Part shown: positions 57,803 through 64,000 of the stretch, piece by piece
Layout of the letters: every line of letters starts with the position of its first letter
Numbering within the stretch: the stretch's first letter is position 1
Source of the DNA: Burkholderiales bacterium
Lineage (GTDB): Bacteria; Pseudomonadota; Gammaproteobacteria; Burkholderiales; SG8-39
Length of the DNA stretch: 64,000 nt
Direction of reading: 5' to 3'
NCBI GenBank assembly: GCA_035456405.1
Contig: DATIDG010000094.1
Location: 8,625 to 72,624 of the forward strand
Program-made: the position numbers and the translations under genes
Notes under the pieces: model-generated
The model's database searches: none
What the model was told of the DNA's origin: nothing
What the model saw: the letters and a program-made list of their open reading frames with translations, nothing else

Positions 57803-59452
57803 CTACATCCGTTCGGGCGCGCTCACGCCGAGGACGGCGAGGCCGTTCGCGAGCACCTGCTTCACGGCCGCCGAGAGCGCAAGTCGCGCGAGCCGCGCGT
57901 CGGTCTCGGGGACGAGAACGCGCACCGCATTATAGTAACTGTGGAACTCGCCAGCCAACTCGCGCAGGTAGAAGGCGACGAGGTGGGGCGCGAGCTCGTC
58001 GGCAGCCTCGTCGAGCACGTCGGGAAACTCGGCGAGGCGCCCGAGCAGCGCCAGCTCGCGCGGCTCGGTGAGCTGATCGAGCGGGACTGCCGCGAACGAC
58101 GCCGGATCGCCCGGGAAGCGCGCGCGCGATTCTTCGAGCATCCGGCAGACGCGCGCGTGCGCGTACTGCACGTAGTAGACCGGGTTCTCCTCCGACTGCG
58201 ACTTCGCCAGGTCGATGTCGAAGACGAACTCCGTGTCCGCCTTGCGCGATACCAGGAAGAAGCGCACCGCGTCGCGCCCGACCTCGTCGATGAGGTCGCG
58301 CACCGTGACGTAGCTGCCCGCGCGCTTGGAGATCTTCATCTCCTCGCCGCCCTTCATCACCGTGACCAGCTTGTGCAGGACGTAGTCGGGGTAGCCGGCG
58401 GGGATGCCGATCCTGAGCGCCTGCAGCCCCGCGCGCACGCGCACGACGGTGCTGTGGTGATCCATGCCCTGCACGTTGATCACCTTGCCGAAGCCGCGCT
58501 CCCATTTGGTGACGTGATAGGCGACGTCGGGCACGAAGTACGTGTACCCGCCCTCCGACTTGCGCATCACGCGGTCCTTGTCGTCTCCGTAGTCGGTCGT
58601 GCGCAGCCACAGCGCGCCGTCCTTCTCGTAGGTCTTGCCAGAGGCGACGAGCCTCGCGACCGTTGCCTCGACGCGGCCATCGGTGTAGAGCGAGCTTTCG
58701 AGGTAGTAGTTGTCGAACTTAACGCCGAACGCCTGCAGGTCCGTGTCCTGCTCGCGGCGCAGCGCGGCCACCGCGAAGCGGCGGATCGACTCGATGTCGC
58801 CGAGATCGTGGCCCACCTCGTCGAGGTAGCTCTGAGCGATCTCGCGGATGTACTCGCCGTGGTACCCGTCCTCGGGGAAGTGCGCGTGCTCGCCGAGCAG
58901 CTCCTGCGCGCGCGCGCGCACCGAGATGGCGAGGTTCTGGATCTGCTGTCCGGCGTCGTTGTAGTAGAACTCGCGCGACACGTGCCACCCCTGCCGCTCG
59001 AGAAGCCCCGCGATGGCGTCGCCGAGCGCCGCCTGGCGGCCGTGGCCGACGTGCAGCGGCCCGGTCGGGTTGGCGGACACGAACTCGACCATAACGTTGC
59101 GGCCTTGCCCGCGATCGGAGTGCCCGTAGGCGGCGCCGCGCTCGACGATCGTGCGGGCGACGCGCTGCTTCGCGGCGGGCTTGAGACGGAAGTTGATGAA
59201 GCCTGGCCCCGCGATCTCGGGGCGCTCGATCCACTCCGACGCGGGCAGCGCCGCGAGGAGCTGCTCGGCGACCTTGCGGGGCGGCGCTTTCAGCGTCTTG
59301 GCGAGCTGCAGCGCGACGGTCGTCGCGTAGTCACCATGGGCCGGGTCCCGCGGACGCTCGAAGATGACCGCGTCCGCGGGCGCCTCCGGTGCGACCGTAG
59401 CGAGCGCGCGGGCCACGAGGTCGGTGAGATGGGCGCGGGTTTCTGCGGACAT
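57803..59452 (-). CDS. argS: Arginine--tRNA ligase
   Basis: The ATG at 59452 gives [13 protein letters not shown]... [13 protein letters not shown] (HIGH) and MKISKRAGS (KMSKS-like) are present. The product is 549 aa. Confidence 0.93.
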   Translation of the reverse strand: MSAETRAHLTDLVARALATVAPEAPADAVIFERPRDPAHGDYATTVALQLAKTLKAPPRKVAEQLLAALPASEWIERPEIAGPGFINFRLKPAAKQRVARTIVERGAAYGHSDRGQGRNVMVEFVSANPTGPLHVGHGRQAALGDAIAGLLERQGWHVSREFYYNDAGQQIQNLAISVRARAQELLGEHAHFPEDGYHGEYIREIAQSYLDEVGHDLGDIESIRRFAVAALRREQDTDLQAFGVKFDNYYLESSLYTDGRVEATVARLVASGKTYEKDGALWLRTTDYGDDKDRVMRKSEGGYTYFVPDVAYHVTKWERGFGKVINVQGMDHHSTVVRVRAGLQALRIGIPAGYPDYVLHKLVTVMKGGEEMKISKRAGSYVTVRDLIDEVGRDAVRFFLVSRKADTEFVFDIDLAKSQSEENPVYYVQYAHARVCRMLEESRARFPGDPASFAAVPLDQLTEPRELALLGRLAEFPDVLDEAADELAPHLVAFYLRELAGEFHSYYNAVRVLVPETDARLARLALSAAVKQVLANGLAVLGVSAPERM

Positions 59453-59489
59453 GAGCGGGGGCGCATGCTGCGCCGCGGAAAGGCCGCGC

Positions 59490-59495
59490 ATTATA
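59490..59495 (-). promoter_or_regulatory. Candidate -10 box (TATAAT) of argS
   Basis: A perfect TATAAT on the minus strand lies 37 nt upstream of the argS ATG. Confidence 0.35.
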
Positions 59496-59645
59496 CCGGA
59501 CCCCCTTGGCGCAAGACCGTGGCGCCGCATAGGCTTTTCGCCCTGCGGACCGCTGCGGGCAGGGCCCGGGCATGATCAGGATCAAAGCACGCTATTGAGC
59601 GAACGATCAATATGCGCCCATCTTCTCGTGCGGAAGGAGACGGCC

Positions 59646-59981
59646 ATGTCGGGAATGATTGTGAGCGTGCTGATCGGCGCGGCGCTGGTCGCGCTGACCG
59701 TGTTGGCGGCGCGTGCCCTGTGGGTGATGTGGCGCGCGGCCATGATCGAGGAGCGCCCCGTGCTGATGCACCGCATGCTCCAGCGCCAGGGCGTGACGAT
59801 CGCTGGCGTCGAGGACTACGCGACGCTCGAGCGGGCGTGCTATGCGGCGCGCCGCTGCGTCGCCTGCCGCGACCTGGAGACGTGCAAGGCCTGGCTGGAC
59901 GGCGGCAAGACCGAAGGCTACGAGGCGTTCTGCCCGAACGTCGAGTTCATCCGTGAGCTGAAGGTCAAGCAGGCGGCGTAG
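59646..59981 (+). CDS. Small N-terminally anchored Cys-rich protein (possibly DUF6455-like)
   Basis: The ATG at 59646 has GGAAGGAGA upstream. The product is 111 aa with one TM helix, then CYAARRCVACRDLETCKAWL...FCPN. Confidence 0.65.
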   Translation: MSGMIVSVLIGAALVALTVLAARALWVMWRAAMIEERPVLMHRMLQRQGVTIAGVEDYATLERACYAARRCVACRDLETCKAWLDGGKTEGYEAFCPNVEFIRELKVKQAA

Positions 59982-60002
59982 ACGCCAGCGTCGCCACCGG
60001 GC

Positions 60003-60431
60003 TCACGGCCGCCCTGGCGGACGGTCGCGGGACGGGATGCGGGCCATCCACATCGCCAGCAGCACGCCGAACACGGCAAGCGCGATCTGCATCCGGCCGT
60101 CCTCCACCGCGAACACGATCGAGGCGGTCAGCGTGACCGCCATCAGCGCGATCGCGGTCCACTTGGTCCGGTACGGGATCGAGCGGTACTGGCGCCACTC
60201 GCGGATCGTCGGGCCGAACAGCCGGTTGTTGAGCAGCCAGTTGTAGAACCGGGTCGACGCGCGCGCATAGCACGCAGCCGCCAGCAGCAGGAACGGCGTG
60301 GTCGGCAGGACCGGCAGGAATGCGCCCAGGACACCGAGACCGACGAAGCCGGTACCCGCCACGACGAGCGCGACGCGCACCGCGCGCGACGGGTGCACGT
60401 CGGTCTCGTGGCTGTAATCCTGGATCTGCAT
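60003..60431 (-). CDS. ybaN: DUF454 (YbaN) family inner membrane protein
   Basis: FLPVLPTTPFLLLAAACYARASTRFYNWLL is the hallmark YbaN motif. Confidence 0.88.
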   Translation of the reverse strand: MQIQDYSHETDVHPSRAVRVALVVAGTGFVGLGVLGAFLPVLPTTPFLLLAAACYARASTRFYNWLLNNRLFGPTIREWRQYRSIPYRTKWTAIALMAVTLTASIVFAVEDGRMQIALAVFGVLLAMWMARIPSRDRPPGRP

Positions 60432-60512
60432 CGGGCGCGCTCACCGAACGCGCCCGACTGTAATGCCCTCGTCCCCCGGAGGGCAACCCGGCAGATCAAA
60501 CTCTATCCGCGT

Positions 60513-61058
60513 TTAGCGCGCGGCAGCCTCGACCGGCTTGGCCGTCGATGCGAGGACCGCGGCCTTCTGCGTGCCGAGGGCGGCTACGTCACCCGCGACC
60601 TCGCCGCCTTCCTCGATGACGATGCGGCCGTAGCGGATCTTCCCCGATACCTTGCCGGTGGGATGGATGACGAGCTGCTTGCGGCAGGTCAGCTCGCCGT
60701 CGAAGCGTCCCCGGATCTCCGCGATATCCACGCCGACGGTGCCATGGAACGAGCCGTTCTCGGCGATCTGCATCACGCGGCTGTCCATCGAGGCCTCGAC
60801 CCGGCCCTCGACGACGAGCGTGTCGCAGTCGGTGATCTCGGCGCCTTTCAGCTTGATGTCCGGCCCGACGATCAGGCGGCTGCCTTTCGTTTCCTCGACC
60901 TTCGGCCGCGGCGCCGGCGTATCGGCGTCGGGCTTGGACGTCTCCGCGCGCGCGGGCTCGACCGGCGTTGGCGGCTGATTCGCTACTGGCGCGTCGAAGC
61001 TCCGCTGCTCGCGGCGCTGGCGGTCGGCCGGGTTGAACAGCCCCTGTCTGTTGAGCAT
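60513..61058 (-). CDS. Bactofilin family cytoskeletal protein
   Basis: The ATG at 61058 has GGAGGAA upstream. The beta-helical repeat region (IVGPDIKLKGAEI..LVVEGRVEA..FHGTVGVD..GKVSGKIRYGRIVIEEGGEVAGDV) is typical of DUF583/bactofilin. Confidence 0.85.
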   Translation of the reverse strand: MLNRQGLFNPADRQRREQRSFDAPVANQPPTPVEPARAETSKPDADTPAPRPKVEETKGSRLIVGPDIKLKGAEITDCDTLVVEGRVEASMDSRVMQIAENGSFHGTVGVDIAEIRGRFDGELTCRKQLVIHPTGKVSGKIRYGRIVIEEGGEVAGDVAALGTQKAAVLASTAKPVEAAAR

Positions 61059-61293
61059 GCTTCCTCCTTGGTTTGGTTGGGTCGTCGGTAGTCGTCGGTA
61101 AAGGTACACCCTCACAGCAAGGTCCGTGCCTTTTCGTGCTTCCCTCTTAGGCACGCACCGACCCGGATCCGATTTGTCGTCCTGCGACGACGGAGCATGG
61201 GAATGCGTTTGCCAACCCGCTGTTTCGGAGGCAGACTCGATGTCGCTCGGGCACGACAGCGATTGCCGCGCCGGGGCATGCTAACTGAATGAG

Positions 61294-61800
61294 ATGACTG
61301 CGAACCTCGACCTGCGCCTCGCAACGCTCGACGACGCCGCAGAGATCGCGGCGATGTCCCGCGACCTGATCGAGATGGGTCTCGGCTGGACGTGGACCGC
61401 CGCCCGCGTCGCGCGCAACATCCGCAGCGCGAGCACGCTGACCGTCGTGGCGGGCGCGCCGGGCCGCCTTGCGGGTTTTGCGATCATGTACTTCGGCGAC
61501 GAGCATGCGCATCTCAGCCTCCTCGCAGTGCGGCCGCAGTGGCAGCGCGCCGGCCTCGGACGGCGCCTCGTCGGATGGCTCGAGGAGTCGGCCCTCACCG
61601 CGGGTATCGGCACCGTACGCCTCGAGCTGCGCGCCAGCAATCGCGCCGCGCGCCGCTTCTACGCGCGGCTCGGCTTCGCCGAGGTCGCGCGAGTGCCCGC
61701 CTATTACGGCGGCGTCGAGACGGCGGTGCGCATGTCGCGCGACATCCGGCGCGGGACCGCCGGCCCGGTGCCCGACCTCGGGCGCTTGCTGCGCCGGTAG
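61294..61800 (+). CDS. GNAT family N-acetyltransferase (RimI-like)
   Basis: 168-aa ORF. LAVRPQWQRAGLGRRLV is the acetyl-CoA binding motif. Confidence 0.85.
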   Translation: MTANLDLRLATLDDAAEIAAMSRDLIEMGLGWTWTAARVARNIRSASTLTVVAGAPGRLAGFAIMYFGDEHAHLSLLAVRPQWQRAGLGRRLVGWLEESALTAGIGTVRLELRASNRAARRFYARLGFAEVARVPAYYGGVETAVRMSRDIRRGTAGPVPDLGRLLRR

Positions 61801-61848
61801 CGCGCCGCGAATTACACTTCACCCCTCCGTTCCCCACTGATCGAAACC

Positions 61849-61959
61849 ATGGGCAAAGGCGACAAGCGCACCCGCCGCGGCAAGCTCTTCACCGGCTCGC
61901 ACGGCAATACCCGCTCGCGGAAGACCAACCGGTCGGTGCGGCCGAAGAAGCGTCGATAG
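61849..61959 (+). CDS. 30S ribosomal protein THX
   Basis: This 36-codon ORF is absent from the ORF track because it is too short. MGKGDKRTRRGKLFTGSHGNTRSRKTNRSVRPKKRR closely parallels Thermus Thx ([25 protein letters not shown]...). Confidence 0.8.
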   Translation: MGKGDKRTRRGKLFTGSHGNTRSRKTNRSVRPKKRR

Positions 61960-61973
61960 CACGACACCAGAGG

Positions 61974-62456
61974 ATGGGCGTCGAGGCGAAGCTGCGCGAG
62001 CTCGGCCTGACGTTGCCCGCGCCGACGAAGGCACCGCCCGGCGTGAAGCTCCCGTTTGTCTGGGTGCGCATCGTCGGCGATCGCGGTCTCGTCTCGGGAC
62101 ACGGCCCGACGAATCCCGACGGCACCCTGGCGCCGCCATTCGGCAAGATCGGCGCCGAGGTCACTCTCGACCAGGGCTATGCGGCGGCGCGGCGCACTGC
62201 GCTCGCGATCCTCGCCAGTCTCAAGCGGGAGCTCGGCGATCTCGACCGTGTCGATCGCTGGGTGCGCGCCTTCGGCATGGTGAACGCTGCGCCCGGCTTT
62301 GACCGCCAGCCCACGGTGATCAATGGCTTCTCCGACCTGGTCCTCGAGCTCTGGGGGCCGGACCGCGGCCAGCACGCCCGCAGCGCCGTGGGCATGGCGG
62401 AGCTGCCGTTCGGCATGCCGGTCGAGATCGAGGCGGAGGTGCTGCTGCGGCGCTGA
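61974..62456 (+). CDS. RidA/YjgF family protein
   Basis: The ATG at 61974 gives MGVEAKLRELGLTLPAPTKAP... The C-terminal ARSAVGMAELPFGMPVEIEAEV is typical of the RidA family. Confidence 0.82.
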   Translation: MGVEAKLRELGLTLPAPTKAPPGVKLPFVWVRIVGDRGLVSGHGPTNPDGTLAPPFGKIGAEVTLDQGYAAARRTALAILASLKRELGDLDRVDRWVRAFGMVNAAPGFDRQPTVINGFSDLVLELWGPDRGQHARSAVGMAELPFGMPVEIEAEVLLRR

Positions 62457-62466
62457 GCCCGGATAC

Positions 62467-63021
62467 TCAGCGCGCCGGGACGGTCCAGAAGTGGATCTCG
62501 TGCCGCCGGCCGTTCACGATCAACGTTTCGGTGCGGTCGGGCAGCCAGTCGCCGATTCGGTATTCGTGCGACACGACGCGCGTGCCCGGCTTGAGCTCGC
62601 GCGCGAGCTTCGGCTGGAGCTTCGCATTGACGGTGGGGAAGAGATAGAGCGCCACCACCGTGGCGTCGCGCAAGTCGGTCTCGAATAGATCCTCGATGCG
62701 GAACGCGACGCGGTCGGCGACCCCGACGCGCTCGGCGATCGCGCGCGCGTCGCGGACCCACACCGGGTTGAGCTCGATTCCCACGCCCCGCGCGCCGTAA
62801 CGCTGCGCGGCGGTGATCACGATGCGGCCGTCGCCCGAGCCGAGGTCGTACACCACGTCGTCCTTGCCGACCCGAGTCAGCTCGAGCATGCGCTCGACGA
62901 CGGGCATCGGCGTCGGCACGTAGTTGATGTCCGGCGCGCGATCCTGCGCAGCCGCGCTGCCCGCGCAAAGGACCACTGCCAGCAGGAGGACGCGCCGCTC
63001 AGAAGTCGATCGGATCGACAT
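62467..63021 (-). CDS. FAM173/ATPSCKMT-like methyltransferase, fourth paralog (methyltransferase domain only)
   Basis: 184-aa ORF with a hydrophobic N-terminus (RRVLLLAVVLCAGSAAAQ). YVPTPMPVVERML and YDLGSGDGRIVITAAQRYGARGVGIE are present. It lacks the C-terminal domain of the tandem copies. Confidence 0.85.
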   Translation of the reverse strand: MSIRSTSERRVLLLAVVLCAGSAAAQDRAPDINYVPTPMPVVERMLELTRVGKDDVVYDLGSGDGRIVITAAQRYGARGVGIELNPVWVRDARAIAERVGVADRVAFRIEDLFETDLRDATVVALYLFPTVNAKLQPKLARELKPGTRVVSHEYRIGDWLPDRTETLIVNGRRHEIHFWTVPAR

Positions 63022-64000
63022 CGAGATGCCAGCGCACGGCGCCGGCCTTGAGCGAGTAGAGCGTTTCGACCCAGGTGCGCAGGAACGCGTGCAGCGCCGG
63101 GCGTGCAGGCGACTGCAGCAGCACCTGCGCGCGCGCCTTGCCTGCGAGCTTCGCGAGCGTCATCGGCACCGGATCGTACACGGTCACGCCTTCGCGGGCC
63201 GCGGGGGCCTGGGCCAGCGCGCGGGCGAGGAAGGCAAGCGCGTCCTTCATCTCCGCGCTCTCGGAGCGCAGTGCCGCCTCGTGCACTGCCGGCGGGAAGC
63301 CCGCGGCGCGCCGCTCGTCGATCTGCGCCTCCGCGAAGCCGGTGAAGTCGTGGCGAACGAGCGCCTGGTAGAGCGGATGCCCGGGGTAGCGCGTCTGCAC
63401 CAGCACCTCGCCGGGCAGGTCGGCGCGCCCGGCCCGGCCCGCCACCTGGTAGAGCTGCGCAAACAGTCGTTCGGGCGCGCGGTAGTCGGCCGCGACGAGC
63501 GCCGCATCCGCGTTCAGCACGCCGACCAGCGTCACGCGCGGGAAGTCGTGTCCTTTCGCGAGGATCTGGGTGCCCAGGAGGATGTCGGCGTCGCCCGATT
63601 CGATCGCGCGCCGCATCGCCTCCCAGCGGCCCTTGGCGCGCGTCGAGTCGCTGTCGATGCGCAGGCACCGCGCCCGCGGGAAGCGTGCCGCGAGCGCCTC
63701 CTCGATGCGCTGCGTGCCGCGGCCGAACGGCACGAGGTCGATGTTGCCGCAGGTCGGACAGTGGCGGGGGATCGGCTGCATCTCGCCGCAGTGGTGGCAG
63801 CGCAGCCGTCGGTCCGCGATGTGCAGCACCAGGTGCGCGGTGCAGCGGGGACAGCCGCCGGTCCAGCCGCATGCATTGCACACGAGCACCGGCGCGTAGC
63901 CGCGCCGATTGAGGAACACGAGCGCCTGCTCGCCGCGCGCGAGCCGCGCATCGATCGCGGTCGCCAGGGCGCTCGAGACGCCGTCGGCGCCGGAGTCGGT
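62999..64000 (-). CDS. priA: Primosomal protein N' (PriA helicase), C-terminal part; 5' end outside window
   Basis: The frame is open to the window edge. The Cys-rich zinc region is CNACGWTGGCPRCTAHL..CHHCG..CPTCG. GTQILAKGHDFP and QVAGRAGR helicase motifs are present. Confidence 0.92.
   Translation of the reverse strand, partial: TDSGADGVSSALATAIDARLARGEQALVFLNRRGYAPVLVCNACGWTGGCPRCTAHLVLHIADRRLRCHHCGEMQPIPRHCPTCGNIDLVPFGRGTQRIEEALAARFPRARCLRIDSDSTRAKGRWEAMRRAIESGDADILLGTQILAKGHDFPRVTLVGVLNADAALVAADYRAPERLFAQLYQVAGRAGRADLPGEVLVQTRYPGHPLYQALVRHDFTGFAEAQIDERRAAGFPPAVHEAALRSESAEMKDALAFLARALAQAPAAREGVTVYDPVPMTLAKLAGKARAQVLLQSPARPALHAFLRTWVETLYSLKAGAVRWHLDVDPIDF

Overview
This is a visibly GC-rich bacterial chromosomal segment (G+C not computed). 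It is densely packed, with about 70 protein genes and many 4-nt ATGA/GTGA stop/start overlaps. I recognised no rRNA, tRNA, CRISPR array, integrase, transposase or known defence gene. Acyl-CoA metabolism dominates. There is a CoA-transferase/hydratase/lyase/crotonase operon of the itaconate- or mesaconate-type (0.3-4.3 kb). The leucine/isovalerate (liu) cluster lies at 11.2-18.9 kb, with the canonical isovaleryl-CoA dehydrogenase far away at 46.3 kb. A LivFGHM-type ABC importer with an acyl-CoA ligase lies at 27.3-34.0 kb. There are also several thiolases and acyl-CoA dehydrogenases, phaC, and housekeeping genes (argS, SPOR protein, dsbA, priA, ribosomal protein THX). The argS-SPOR-dsbA-SDR synteny suggests a betaproteobacterium-like host; this is an inference. 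Gene calls rest on by-eye motif recognition in the supplied ORF translations. Most long Arg/Pro/Ala-rich ORFs in the track are GC-driven artefacts. The candidates for something new are: (1) a TetR-controlled split B12 acyl-CoA mutase operon (35.7-41.5 kb) with non-canonical substrate-pocket motifs and a MeaB G-protein fused to a nitroreductase-like domain; (2) an orphan cluster (19.0-26.4 kb) combining a catalytically degenerate PTPS/QueD-like protein, a Cys-less MDR dehydrogenase, a glycosyltransferase, two methyltransferases, a RibD-C-like reductase, a CDP-alcohol phosphatidyltransferase and an LtaS/sulfatase-like membrane enzyme; (3) three tandem plus one distant N-terminally anchored FAM173/ATPSCKMT-like methyltransferases; (4) a methyltransferase coupled to a fused double-hotdog dehydratase; (5) REP-like palindromic elements, one of which supplies the 3' end of liuC, and a recurring CTAGAATCGC box at gene starts.
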